DNA from: Eledone cirrhosa | Lineage: Eukaryota | DNA: 64,000 nucleotides | Assembly (NCBI GenBank): GCA_964016885.1 | Contig: OZ024741.1 | Span: 310,992,001 to 311,056,000 of the forward strand | Direction: 5' to 3' | Shown here: piece by piece, positions 26,745-40,352 of the stretch | Layout of the letters: each line of letters opens with the position of its first letter | How positions within the stretch are numbered: the first letter of the stretch is position 1 | Notes under the pieces: generated by a model | Told to the model about the DNA's origin: nothing | Databases searched by the model: none | What the model saw: the letters and a program-made list of their open reading frames with translations, nothing else | Program-made: the position numbers and the translations under genes

Positions 26745-28692
26745 CATATTGTTATACTTTGGGAGGGTCATGTTGCCAATAAGAAACACACGCACCAGTT
26801 GCTTTCACTTCAATTTATTATAATAAATTTATAAATTTAGACCACCTACCATTACCTCAATGGCCAAGAAAACCCACACAGATAGATGGAACGGGTGGAC
26901 CAGAGCCATTCGGACCCCCGAAAACCACGATGAACTAAAGAAAATGATTGCACATGCGGTGGGGGCCAGCATAAAATTAACCCTTAAGGAACATATGTTC
27001 GAATTTAATGGGAAAACATATGCCCAAGAGGAGGGAGCAGCCATTGGTGTTAGCATTGCAGGCGACATAGCTAACTTATTCATGGTATGGTGGGACAGTA
27101 GACTTAAACTTAAACTTAAAGAACAATTAGAAGATCCCTTAACCCTGATAATGTAATCCCGCTACGTTGATGATATATACATCGTAGTTAAAACACCCCC
27201 ACTAGAGAACAGTCAGGAATTAGAGAAAACACAATGAAAAGCATCCAGCAAATAGCTAACTCCATCCACCTGAGTATTAGAGTTACTATAGACTACCCAA
27301 GCAAACACCCCAACCATCGATTACCTGTACTAGACACAGAGCTCTGGTTAGATACCATTAATAACAAAAAACAAATCCTCCATTCCCATTATGCCAAACC
27401 CATGACTTCCAAATATCTGATCCACCGAAACTCAGCTGTTTCGGACCATACCAAAATCAACATACTGATTGCAGATTTGGTACGGGTGATGAGAAACGTG
27501 TCCCGGATGTGCAACCCCGAAGAACTAGAGAGACACATACAACACTTCATCCACCGTATGCAGTTCTCTGGTTACAATCAGAGAGATAAAATCAGAGTGT
27601 ATAGAGGAGCCAGAACCAAATGGGAAAAAATGGTAAATAATGACACAAATGGGACCTGCCCATTGTATAGGAGCAAATTTTGGAATAGAATAGAAAGAAC
27701 TAGGAATAAGGCTAATAGAATAAACTCATGGTATGATAGCAATAAATATCAGAATGTAATGTTCATCGATAGAACCCCTAGAGGTGAATTATCTTACAAA
27801 TTTAGAAGGGCCCTAGATAAACATATACTCAATATTAAGATAGTAGAAAGACCAGGTTCCTCCATAAAAAACTTATTAGCAAGACATACCCTTTTCAAAG
27901 ACCTCCATGTATAGATAAGAAATGTATAATCTGTAAATAAAGCCACCATGTTAACTGTAAAACTAGAAATGTAGTATATAGCATAAGATGTACTGAAGGA
28001 CAATGTAGAGATAAAAATATAGTGTACATAGGTGAGACAGCTCGTAGTATAGGGGAACGGACAAATGAATACTGGCGAGACCTTCAAGATAGTAGAGAAT
28101 CATCTGTACACTACCAACATGCTAAAATGGAACATAAGGGTAAATTAGAGAACATAGAAATAAAAATCGAATCTACACACAGAAAAGACGCAATGTTTAG
28201 ACAAATCACAGAGGCAATAAACATAAATGAATTACAACCCAAATTAAATAGAAAACATGAGTGGAACAGCAACATCACAACTTACAATTATGGATAAAAT
28301 GAAACCACACACACACATAGAACAAACAACCAACCAGTAACATGTAAATAAACAAATAAATAAACGAATATAAACGCACACAGACACCCGGATGTAACAC
28401 ATGCGCAAACTAAGCACACAACACACACACAAAAACAAGATGGCGTAGGACAGAACAAAGGAGAGGCACAAAAAAACAAAGAAAAGAACCCCCAGTCACT
28501 GAAGAGGTCACAGAATGAGTGACGAAAGAACCTTGACAATATATGAACAACCATCTGGTTGTGGAACCAACCAACCAACCGGAAATTTATAAATTACTAA
28601 ATTTATAAATTTATTATAATAAATTGAAGTGAAAGTTACTGGTGCGTGTGTTTCTTATTGGCAACATGACACTCCCAAAGTATAACAATATG
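26745..28692 (+). mobile_element. 5'-truncated Penelope-like element (RT plus GIY-YIG; Naiad-like by motif impression) with inverted terminal repeats, in TA-rich sequence
   Basis: FEFNGKTYAQEEGAAIG..IANLFM, RYVDDI, LPVLD, HYAKP, VVYSIRC..VYIGETAR, RQITEA and LNRKHEW. Inverted repeat 26745-26841 versus 28597-28692. Degenerate CTGAAGA..GAAA at ~28499-28527. Confidence 0.9.
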
Positions 28693-28927
28693 TATATATA
28701 TATATATATCAATGATATTAATAAATGGAAACTATATTTATAAAACAATATTTATTCTATTATATATATTTTAAGTGTACGCTCTCATTAGTTAAAATAC
28801 AAAGTTTGTTTTACAAATATTGACATATCCAGGAATGAGACATAAAGGTCTCATTCCTGGATATGTCAATATTTATGAAACAAACTCTGTATTTTATCTG
28901 TGGTGTATGATTGGAAATATGTATGTC

Positions 28928-28994
<67 letters not shown>

Positions 28995-29013
28995 AAAAAA
29001 AATAAAATAAAAA

Positions 29014-29047
<34 letters not shown>

Positions 29048-29080
29048 CATACATAGACATACATATTTCCAATCATACAC

Positions 29081-29146
<66 letters not shown>

Positions 29147-29315
29147 TATACACAGGTACACATACAAACAGACACACACACGCACACACATACACACACA
29201 CATATATATATATACATACATATACATATATACACATACATATATAAACATACACGTGTGAGTGAACATAGACGCAAAAACTAATATGTAAGTAATCCCA
29301 AAAAATAAATATGCA

Positions 29316-29922
29316 AATTGTTGTTTCTACTCTTGGCACAAGGCCAGCAATAAAAATCTCTCGCTATATATATATTACTGATACTTTATCTTATCGACTC
29401 GTAAGGATAAAAGGCAAAGTTAACGTAAAGATAAAAGGCAAAGTTCACCTCGGTGAGATTTGAACTCAGAGTGGCAAGGGCCGTAACTCTATGCGTCAAT
29501 GCATGGCGTCCGACCCTCTACCGATACTGTCAATTCACCGCATTGTAAATAAGTAAATAATTGTTTCTACATTTCGCACAAGGCCACCAATAACCCAGTG
29601 CATTACTGGTACATTATTTTATCGACCCCGTAAGGATGAAAGGTAAATTTAACCTCGGCGGGATTTGAACTCAGAATGGCAAGGGCCGTAACACTATGCG
29701 TCAAAGCATGGCGTCCGCCCTCGACCGGAACTGCCAATCCACTGCATTGTAAATAAGTAAATAATTGTTTCTACGTTAGGCACAAGGCCAGCAATTACCC
29801 CAGTGTATTACTGGTACTTTATTTTATCGACCCCGTAAGGATGAAAGGCAAAGTTGACCTCGGCGGGATTTGAACTCAGACCGTAAAGCATGGCGTCCGA
29901 CTCTCTACCGATACTGCCAATC
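29316..29922 (-). mobile_element. Three tandem SINE copies (~29316-29540, 29558-29745, 29760-29922)
   Basis: Repeated TTGTTTCTAC..GGCACAAGGCCA..GTAAGGAT..GATTTGAACTCAGA..GCATGGCGTCCG unit. The linker CATTGTAAATAAGTAAATAA occurs twice. Confidence 0.92.
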
Positions 29923-30421
29923 CAGACACACACACAGATATATTCATGAAAAATGTTTCTACATACGCATGCACGCACGTACGCAGACATAGAGATATGG
30001 AAATGCATATAATTAGAAAAGAGTGTTTATACACACCTAAATAAAAGTATATAGATAAATAATTATATACACTATAATATACACATATACAGAACACAAT
30101 ACGTATACAGACGTACATAAACACACATATATATATAAATATATACACGCGCACACATATACACACATATACACTCATGCATATACATACAAATATACAT
30201 ATACATACATACACACATGCACACATACGTTCATGCAGAATATATACATACACATACACACTCATATATGAATATACATATACACATATAAATATAAGAA
30301 TACACACACATATATACATAAACACACACATATATATATACATACATAAACAGGCATATATTCATACATATCTATGAATATATTATGTCAAAGATAGAAT
30401 TGGGGTTCCCGTTATTACAAT

Positions 30422-30575
30422 CATTGTTTCTACTTTAGGCACAAGGCCAGCAATTACCCAGTGCATTACTGGTACTTTATTTTATCGACCTCGTAAGGAT
30501 GAAAGGCTAAGTCAACCTCGGCGGGATTTGCACTCAGATCGTAAAGGGACGTAACTATGCTGGAAAGCATGGCGT
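30422..30575 (-). mobile_element. SINE, 5'-truncated
   Basis: Same consensus as the other SINE copies. Confidence 0.88.
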
Positions 30576-30692
30576 TATTACAATAATGAAATGTTAAGGT
30601 GTATGTAGAAAGAGTATAACTATTAGGTAGAAAGAAAAAGACTTTGATTGAGTATTAACAGTGGATGGAATATGAGGGTAGTCTCATATCAT

Positions 30693-30873
30693 TTGGCACT
30701 ATCGGTAGAGCGTCGGACGCCATACTTTACAGCACAGAGTTACGACCCTTTTTGGTCTGAGTTCAAATCCCGCCAAGGTTAACTTTGCCTTTTATCCTTA
30801 CGGGGTCGATAAAGTAAAGCACAAATATTACACTGGGATAATTGCTGGCCTTGTGCCAAAAGTAGAAACAATT
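30693..30873 (+). mobile_element. SINE
   Basis: GGTAGAGCGTCGGAC..GAGTTCAAATCCC (tRNA A/B-box-like head)..CTTGTGCCAAAAGTAGAAACAATT. Confidence 0.9.
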
Positions 30874-31049
30874 CTTTACTCTGAACTAAATTTATTAAAT
30901 AGGAAATCTGAAATATTTCCACTTGTCCTTATATTAATCTCCATTCTTTTCACTATTTTAGACCTATTAATTAATTTATATCAATGTAGATTTATACCTT
31001 ACTCTTTTCAATACCATTACTATCACTGTATAATAATTATTTAATTGCA

Positions 31050-32200
31050 CTTTCAAATCTAAAAATTTATAATATGTTTAACTACTATATACTGTCTACC
31101 ATTCTTCATACACACCTTCTCTGATCCATTCTATTGCAAATACAATTTATTATAATCAGCTCATCACTTTTAGGCAACTTAATAATACATTGTTTCCATA
31201 CCTTTTCTCATTAGCCTCATTTATATTTATTTTTGCTAATAATATATATAACAACCATTGCCTCATTATATATTTTTTATTTAATATTAACTATTGAATA
31301 CTTGTATAATGAACCTTTTTATTTTAATAATGCATAGCACTTTTAGTGTGTATAGATAATTTCTTTGTAATGTGTAAAGTTATTATTCATTTAAAGTTCT
31401 TTAGTTTTGTAATCACTAGACCAGAAAACAATTTTTTTTAAAAATTCGATTCCTATATATTTTTAGATACTAAATTGTTCTACTTTATCTTATTAAATAT
31501 ATAGTAGCTCTCTAATATATAGAATGTCTTACATAAATTTATCCCCCCTTTATTTTTATTTTGTGTTAAACCTTTTTTTAATTTTTTAAGGATTATTTTT
31601 TTAAAATTCCATGAAAAGATGGATGATTTGTACTCTTGATGGTATATGACTTTGTCTCCTGTATTCAACTATGTGGTGCTTTAGATGATGTCTTGAGTCC
31701 CTAATTGATAATACTTCCAGCTATATTGGATTTTTTACTTTGATGATTATACTTATTTTCTCAACATTACATTAGCTCCTTTGGACATTTTGAAAAATAA
31801 TTATTATTATGACTCAATTATGTAGTCGAACTTATAGTCTTGCATCTGTCTGTATGCTACACGTAAACTAAACCTTTTTAAATATATTTTTAAATATATT
31901 CTTTTAAACATTTTTTGGGAGTTGTATTTTTAAATTTATATTTGAATTTCATGATTCTATAATTATCTTTATTAAGTTTCTTTACTACTTATGATATATT
32001 TTTCACTGTACTTAATTTATCTGCAACAGCATGCTTTTTGATTTTTAAAATTTTTATTGGTTTTATCTGCTCCTAATTTGTATAGTATTTATCTGCTCCT
32101 ATCCTTCAAATGATTTTTCTGCCTCTGTTAACTTATATAAATGTTTATACTTATGCTTATCTACCATACCATATTATGTATCCTCCTAATTTTCTTGTGA
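31050..32200 (-). mobile_element. Old AT-rich L1-like ORF2 remnant
   Basis: IFSWNFKKIILKKLKKGLTQNKNKGGINL..YY resembles the post-RT F-x-W...GGL segment of L1-group ORF2; heavily decayed. Confidence 0.4.
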
Positions 32201-32337
32201 CAAAGTTTTGATATTATATTTGTGTTTGGCTTTTGCTATTTTGCTATCAACTCCGATGAAACCGGTCTTGTGCTAGGATGAAACGATCACCAGTGATTAA
32301 ATGTTTGAAAGTTTAAACATTCTTTGATTGTCATTTA

Positions 32338-32393
<56 letters not shown>

Positions 32394-32724
32394 TTCTGTA
32401 TTTCTCTCTGTCTGTCTATCTGTTTGTCGCTCTCTCTCTAAATTCATGCCACTTAATATACAATCTCCCTAACACAAAATATTACACACAAGAGTAAGCT
32501 GGGAAGTTAATAGGCTAACTATAAAGGAGTGATGCTGCTAGGTCAGTGAAATCATGCATGTATTAAATTCAAATATTCTTATTAATAAGTGCATTGTTCC
32601 TTTCCAGGAACTATGTGGAAAAATAAACTTCATTTAGTCACTCCATGAGAGTTTGAAATGTTCAGCCTATGAAAGGTTTAGCCGACCCTCGGACATATTT
32701 CCTCCAATATCTGAAAGGTAATAC

Positions 32725-33590
32725 AAACAATTCTCAACAACCACTTATTGCATCACATTTTCTCTCCACCAGACATCAGAGACAACGAATATGGTTTCAC
32801 AGATCTAGATCTAACGGAAATATAAGTGACACTTTATTAAATCTTGTGTTCTTCACATTTTATTAATGTCTCCCGTCTTTACACATTCTTTAATGCCCTG
32901 CATTGTTATTGCCTCTACTGAGGCACCCTGCAACTCAAAATTTGATGAAATTATGACTTCCCAACCAAAACAAGCACAAACAGGTTGCCACGTGATCATA
33001 AATTTTCTTATAAATATTTTAAGTGTGTTAGTTTGTATAAATGTATAAACACACACACCCACACACACACACACACACAAACACACACGTTCTAATACTG
33101 GTGGCTTAGTTAGGATCTAGCTGTCGAAACGGGCGGAGCTCAGCCGTCGGGTTCTTGACTCTTTTCATATATATATATATATGTATTTATATATATGTGT
33201 ATGCATGTGCGTGTGTTTATATATATATGTGTATATGTGTGTGTGGGTGAGTGTGTGTGTATTTATTTAAATTTATACTTCAGACAGTTCACTACGAAAT
33301 TCAAATTTACTTATATAAGTTAAAATTTCCGTTCCTTGTTGATCCTCCATAAGTATTTTGATTTAAGTCTAGCAATAACACGCCACAGAGTACAAACTTA
33401 GATTATTTTAAAAGAAAATGCGTGTCGACATCCACCATAGTGTCCACATAAATCACAACAGTCCGTTTCCTCCAGAATATAGATTCCTCTGGAATTCACT
33501 CGGTGGATACCCTTATCATCTACAGGTGTTATCTACGTAAATTCATGACATTTAGGGAAATCATATATGTGTAAAAGTCACATAACAGAG
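32725..33590 (-). pseudogene. Decayed phospholipid scramblase (PLSCR-family)-like sequence
   Basis: Collinear motifs IYILEETDCC..CRHAFSFKII (EETDCC at 33472-33455), EDQQGTEIL, PVCAC..GIKE and FPLDLD (32820-32803) follow the order of the scramblase domain; several stops and frameshifts. Confidence 0.6.
33100..33166 (+). repeat. Diverged family-H fragment (half hammerhead) between (CA)n and (TA)n
   Basis: CTAGCTGTCGAAACGGGCGGAGCTCAGCCGTCGGGTTC. Confidence 0.6.
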
Positions 33591-33664
33591 ACTGTAATAA
33601 AACAATTCTTTTGTATTCGAGAATATTATAGTTTACTAAACTAAGTATTGAGCCATTCACTTTT

Positions 33665-34477
33665 TATTTTCCTTTCTCTTATCCTCTGTCTTTACCTCTG
33701 TCTTTTCTACTGTCTTTTCACTGTCTTTTCATTGTCTTTTCCTCTGTATTTACCTCATCTTTTCCCCTGTTTTCCTTTGTCCTTTCCTCCTGTCTTTTCC
33801 TTTGTCTTTTCCTCCTGTCTTCTCCTCTGTCTTTTCCCCTGTCTTTTCCGCTGTCCGTTCCTCTATCTTTTCCTTTGTCTTTTCCCCTGTCTTTTCCCCT
33901 GTTTCTCTTTTGTCTTTCCCGCCTGTCTTCTCCTTTGTCTTTTCTCCTGTTTCTCCTTTGTCTTTTCCTCTGTCTTCTGCGCTGTCTTTTACGTTGTCTT
34001 TTGCTATGTCTTTTACCCCTGTCTTTTCCCCTGTCTGTTCCGCTGTCTTTTCCCCTGTCTTTCCCCCTGTCTTCTCCTTTGTCTTTTCCCCTGTCTTTTC
34101 CCCTGTCTTTTCCCCTGTTTCTCCTTTGTGTTTTCCCCCTGTCTTCTCCTTTGTCTTTTCCCCTGTTTCTCCTTTGTCTTTTCCCCGTGTCTTTTCCGCT
34201 GTCTTTTCCGCTATCTTTTCCCTTGTCTTTATCTCTGTCTTTTCCTTTGTCTTTCCCACTGTCTTTTCCGGTGTTTTTTCCTTTGTCTTTTCCCCTGTCT
34301 TTTCCGCTGTCTTTCCCCTGTCTTTTCCGCTGTCTTTTTCTTTGTCTTTTCCTCTGTCTTTTCCGCTCTCTTTGCCCCTGTCTTTTCCGCTGTCTTTTTC
34401 TTTGTCTTTTCCTCTGTCTTTTCCTCTGTTTTTTCCACTTTCAATTCTTCTGTCTTTATTTCCTCGAATTTTCTTCC
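33665..34477 (-). repeat. ~12-bp minisatellite (GTCTTTTCCCCT-like) that reads as EKT(G/K/A/E) repeats on the minus strand; possible decayed low-complexity exon
   Basis: Tandem 9-12-bp units preceded by the acceptor-like TGTTTCAG|GA and the non-repetitive lead-in RKFEEIKTEELKVEKTEEK; frame slips within the array. Confidence 0.85.
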
Positions 34478-34837
34478 TGAAACAGGATGTAAATAATTCA
34501 TTACAATTTAGTATGTATTCTAATTACAACGTATCATGTTTACTCTATCGCCTACATATGTTAGTACAATCAATGTACCTGGTTTCTGTGAGAGTAGCTA
34601 TATTTTGTACAAGTGGGTGGTAAAGGTGAGATCTAGAATATAATGTAGAGAGCTATGTTTTTCAGGTTAAGACAAAAAACTGGTTACAGTTAAATTACAA
34701 ATTAATTATTAATTTTATTACAGCAAATGGAAATTTAAAAATTATCAAATAACATTGTACTTAACAAAATAAAAATAATTGACGAGGGAATGACGACAAT
34801 CTCATATTCAGTCATGTCTATAACACATTATTTATTT

Positions 34838-35026
34838 GGGCGGTGGATTGGTAGTATCGGTAGAGGGTCAGACACCATGCTTTCCAGCATAGTTACGTCC
34901 CTTTACGATCTGAGTTCAAATCCCGCCGAGGTTGACTTTACCTTTCATCCTTACGAGGTCGATAAAATAAAGTACCAGTAATGCACTGGGATAATTGATG
35001 GCCTTGTGCCAAAAGTAGAAACAATT
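34838..35026 (+). mobile_element. Full-length SINE with probable TSD ATTATTTATTT
   Basis: Complete head to tail; ATTATTTATTT on both sides. Confidence 0.92.
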
Positions 35027-37121
35027 ATTTATTTCTCATCGAAGACAACTTCTCGTATCACTAGTAACTTCCAGAGAGATATTCTCATCGAACAATCTAA
35101 TTCCTCCATTCTTATATAATTGAATCAATTAACCGAGGTAAGATCATGATTTTAACCAATATAAAATATGTCTTTGTGTCATTTATTTTGACTCATTTAT
35201 GTTCTGATACGAATGTGATTTTCACCTCTACTGATTAGTCGATAGGATAAGTAACAGTCTTGTATTGCGAATCGGTTCGCTTTCTCAATACATATGTCAT
35301 GACAGTTTATATTATCGTGGCCATTTAAGTCATATTTCTTATAGGCAATATGCCTTAGGTACATATATCAGTGCTGATGCAAATTGGTAACTGTTTAAAA
35401 AATTAGATTTCTGGATAATATATATTATGATACTTGTCTTAGACTTCATCAGATTGTGTGTTATCCCGTATTTTTATTTTATTTTAACTGGGTTTGGGAA
35501 ATATATAGTTATTGAGATAATATCTATAACATGTCTATTGAATAAGGATAATGCATGGACTAAAGGTATTTGAATATCTTGTATCAGTCAAAACCTGACA
35601 GATGCAAATGTCTGAGAACTGGTTACATCTAATTGGTTCTGCGAATCTATTTGTTAGAAAGTTATTTGAATGGTTAACATATTTATCAAAAGTGGGGATG
35701 AGAAACTTTCTTTATGGCTGCTGGACATGCTAAAGAAAGCAGTCAAAAACACATAATGTTGTCCGTAAGACACTTACATGTCAGTATGGTGATGACTGAA
35801 CTGTTTTTGATGATACGTGTCCTCCGTTATGACAGACCTGAGCCTAAACAACAACTGAAGTGGGATAAAATGAGTAAACCCCAACTTCAGTAAATTATAC
35901 AGTTATTAAACAGGAAATGATCTCCAGATGGGTTTGAGCATGGACTAATGTAGTAGTAAAAATCTATAAAATAATATTACATTTGACTTCTTCATAATTA
36001 AGATAATATTTAATATTTAATCCCCACACTGAAATGCATAAATACATAACTATCAAAATGCACTACGGCGTGTGAATACGAGTGTGTGTCTTATAACTGG
36101 TAGTAACTAAATTGCGTACCTCGTATTACCATGTGTGCACCTATCCTATATATCTGCATACATTCACGTGTATATACATAGGAGGACGTTCAAACACGTG
36201 CGTACATATGTGTATATATGAATATACCCATCCGTGCGTGTTTTTAAAGCTATGCGTCTACAGACGGTCATAGTAACGTATGGTCTTATGTTAACCGTCA
36301 AAGATTTTTACACCTCTAACTTGCTTGGTATGGTGATATCTCAGAGAGGCGTGCGTTTATATATATGATATAAGTGAATTTAAGGCTGTTTAAGTCTATT
36401 ATATCAACTTAATTGTTCACTATATCTTTCAACAGATACAATTCACACTCATAATACTAAAAGTAGTACTATTCTAAAGCATTAGTAATGCAATTTGCTA
36501 TGCTAACGTAGTAACACCGGACATAAATTTAGCAGATCGCTTAAGGGTAAAATCACCACCATTGGCGTAATAACATCGCTATATTTGAATTTATGAATCC
36601 CATACTGTTATAAAAATAACTGCTGTTCCTATCATGGTGAAAATGATTTCAACTTCAGATTTTCATTTATCTCTGAGTAAGAAGAATAAACAATAATGAG
36701 CCTACTTTTGCTTAGTTTAATGATTTCACATTCTAGAGTGCGTTCTTTGATTTATCGCATGACAAACTTTTCTCCCAATCCGTCTTTTAAAACATGATAT
36801 AGCTGCTATACAAATATATGGCTATAAGATTTATGGCTATAAATAATTATGGCTTAAAATAATATTTCAATATATTTGCCATTTATCTGCTTCCATTTGT
36901 TCTCTTGATTCTCCCATGGCTTGCTTGTAATCTTGCTACTTGTGAAGAAATAATTTATTCTGTCATACTTCCGAATAAATACATTTGAAGATTAATACTA
37001 TGCGAATAATTATTAATTGTAACATTGATTCATTGTTTAAACGTAAATACACGTCTCCCATCTGTATAGAAAATAGTGTCGTTATTAATGATGGACATGT
37101 TTTAAAAACCTCAGTTTATTG

Positions 37122-37175
<54 letters not shown>

Positions 37176-37178
<3 letters not shown>

Positions 37179-40100
37179 TGGAGCGTATGAGGAAGCGCAT
37201 ATCGCATTTTTTTAAACAACACGGCTTATCCGTGACAATAGATCCTAGCACTAAGACGGTCAATTTCCTGGACGTTACCTTGGAAATGAATACGAGCATC
37301 CACAGACCGTACCCTATGCCTAACGAAAACCTGCAACATGTGAACAGGAAATCGAATCACCCTAAGTCAGTCATAGAAGCCATAGATAAAGGGGTATCCA
37401 AACGCGTATCCACCCTGTCGGCGAACGCAGACGTCTTTAAACAGCATGCCGAATATTATAATGAGCCACTGCGCAGGGCCCGTTACACAGACACCATACT
37501 ATATACCCTGGACAGAGAAGAGCCAAGTGATGAGGCCTGTAGAAATGGCAATAGCGGGGGCGCCTCCTTAGGTAGACGAAATGACCCAGTAGCAATCTCT
37601 AGGAACACAAATAGCAACACTAATAACATTAATGACGCAGGACCGACCGTAAGAAGGACACAGGCACCCATAGGAGCCAGACTACCCAGTACGCGGAGAC
37701 ATGGGCCTGGCACGCACACTGCATGCTCCGCGGCAACTGGGACCTGTAACAGCACATCGACAAATAGGGACGGGGCACACGCCAGAGAGCACACCCAGCC
37801 TGGTTGTAGTGATACAGCATCGACAGCAGCATCACATAGACCTAAGGGGAAGATGTATAGCCAACCACATAGAACGACGTAACTTAATAACTGAAGTGCA
37901 AAACCCCGACGCTCATAGCGGCTAAATAGATAGAGACAACACAGGAGATGTAATTGCGGTTGGGCTGAGCACAGGACGGATATCGGGTCCAGGACACACC
38001 AACACGAATCCACGCACGCGTAGGAACAGATCTAAGGCCGTTACTTGGTTTAATCCGCCTTACTCCAAACATGTACGCACCAACGTACCAGGAATTTTTC
38101 CGAGCATTGGATGAGTGCTTTCCGCCGACGAACAAGTACCACAAAATCTTCAACCGCACACGGTGAAGTTTTCAATCTCCACAGCACCTAACATTGCCGA
38201 CTATATGGCTAAAACTTACGCGGTGAAGATGGCGAACATTGGCCGTCAACCGCGGCGACAGAATGAGCGTCTTTCGGAGCGCGGGGGACCACCCGGGGAC
38301 CGGCCCCCGAGGCAACCGGAACGCCCGCGGAGGGTGATGTGGTCCAACGCCGAGAGGGAACTAGTAGCATAGGGGAGACCACAGTGTCGGCGGAACAACA
38401 CCCTGGGAACCTTGAAAGGGCCATAACAGATTGAGGCCGGAAAATCAGATGCGTAAGAACTGACAACAGAACTTGTAATTGCAGAGCGGGAATCCAGAGC
38501 CAACTGCAGAGCGGGCACCCAGTGCCCCCTACAGGGAAAACGCCTGACGAAGGACCTAATATAGAAGTGTGTGGTTACAACCCAAAATGCGCATCGCACC
38601 TACAACGGCGCAACATCCACGACCTTTAAATCGCGGATGTATAATCACACGAATTCCCTCAGGAGCCGTAGCAAAAGGCACTCTACTAGGTTAGCGGACC
38701 TGGTGTCGGACCTAAAAGACCAAGGCACTCCGTACGCCCTGGAATGGAGTATAGTCCGCCATGCGAGGGCATATTCGGCTGGAAGTAGAAAGTGCCGATT
38801 ATGCCGACACGAGGCCATGGAGATAGTCAGACCGAAAGATAACGCGGTCAACCTGAAGTCTGAAATAATCATGACCTGCAGGCAGCAGAGAAGATGCATT
38901 TTTGCAGCATGGAATCCTCCCGGTGGCACAAGCCGGGAGCATGGGACCGGGTACGCACAGACCCGAACGGCCCAGCGGGATTAAGGGATCTGACGCAATT
39001 CCCTGATGACATTGTGCGACCCGTGTGGCAAACATAAGTAAACAGGGTGCGTACCTGACCGAACTCGCAACATTGGGCAGATACATCGCATAGGCCGGAG
39101 CGGCCCACACGGGGTCCACGGTCGTCCGATACTCCAAACATATAGAACAGCACACCCCAGCCACGATGCCATAACCCATGGTGACCGGGTCAAGCGTCCC
39201 CTTGAATGTGTACCCCGCCAATGGTGACTATATACTCTCCACATATTCCACGTTGGAACAAGTATTATTACTGTTGTTATTGTTTTGTTATTGTTACTTG
39301 TTCCCTATAAGGAACCTAAGTTTGAGCCTCATATTGCCTCTGTGTAGTATATCACATGGATACACTCACCTTATCCCGTACCCCCCCCCCCCTTTTTATT
39401 TACCCCTTTTTTATTTATCTCTTTGTGAAGTTACATAGAGATTTTAATGTATTTTAAAATATTGCAAATTTATTTATTTTATTTTATTTAATTATCCTAT
39501 TGTGTTTATATGTGTGTTTTTATGTGTAGACCTGTGCGTAGGTATATGTATGTATGTGTGTATGTAGATATATATATATATATATACGTGGGTGTGTATG
39601 GGGGTGTGTATGTATACATGTGTACGTATATGCATGAGCTTATGAGCGTGTGTGTGCATGCATGTACATATATGTACATATGTGGCTGAATGTGTATATA
39701 TATATATGTATATATATGTACGTATAGCTGCGTATGAGTATGTGTGTATGTGGGTGCGTATGTATATAAATGTGTGTGTGCGTATGTATGTATACGTGGG
39801 TCTCTATATGTATGAGTATTTGTGTGTGTATGTATATGTATGTGAACATCTCACAGGAATGTGTACGGATGGGTTATATATACATTGTAGTATTATTGTT
39901 ATTATTATTTTATCATATATCCATTGTATATATCCGTATATGTATGAACATGTGTGCATGTATATATAGATATATGTATTGTATACTATATTGATATTAT
40001 ATGTTATGTTATTTTACTGTTATTTTATGGTATATTGTGTTTTTTATTATATATTGTATTTTTATTTTACGGTTTTGTTTATATATGTATATGTGGAAAC

Positions 40101-40304
40101 ATGTGTGTGTAAGCAAATATGCATATGTGGATGTGTCTGCATGTGGCCGTCCGTGTGCGTATGTATATGTATGTAGATGTATATATGCCTGCATGGGTGT
40201 GCGTATGCATGTAGAAATTTATATATATATATGTATGTGTGTGTATGTGTATGTGTGTATGTAGTTATGTGTAAGTATGTGTAGTTTGTATGTGTGTGTG
40301 TATA

Positions 40305-40352
<48 letters not shown>

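Noticed and set aside
28494-28537. CTGAAGA-G-GTCAC..GTGAC-GAAA in the Penelope 3' end
   Set aside because: It is in the expected position, but stem II register and the cleavage site are broken; recorded only as evidence for the element.
29316-30873. Regularly repeated units as a CRISPR-like array or tRNA genes
   Set aside because: The units are ~190-bp SINEs with a tRNA-like head; there is no repeat-spacer structure, cas gene or cloverleaf.
32250-32296. ACT-CCGATGA...GAAA-CGATC-ACC-AGT hammerhead-like remnant
   Set aside because: There is no UH triplet and stem II is poor; at best a dead copy.
33648-34623. Long plus-strand ORFs (282, 273 and 201 aa) rich in C/F/L/P/S/V
   Set aside because: The A-poor minisatellite cannot form stop codons, so all frames are open; there is no evidence of coding.
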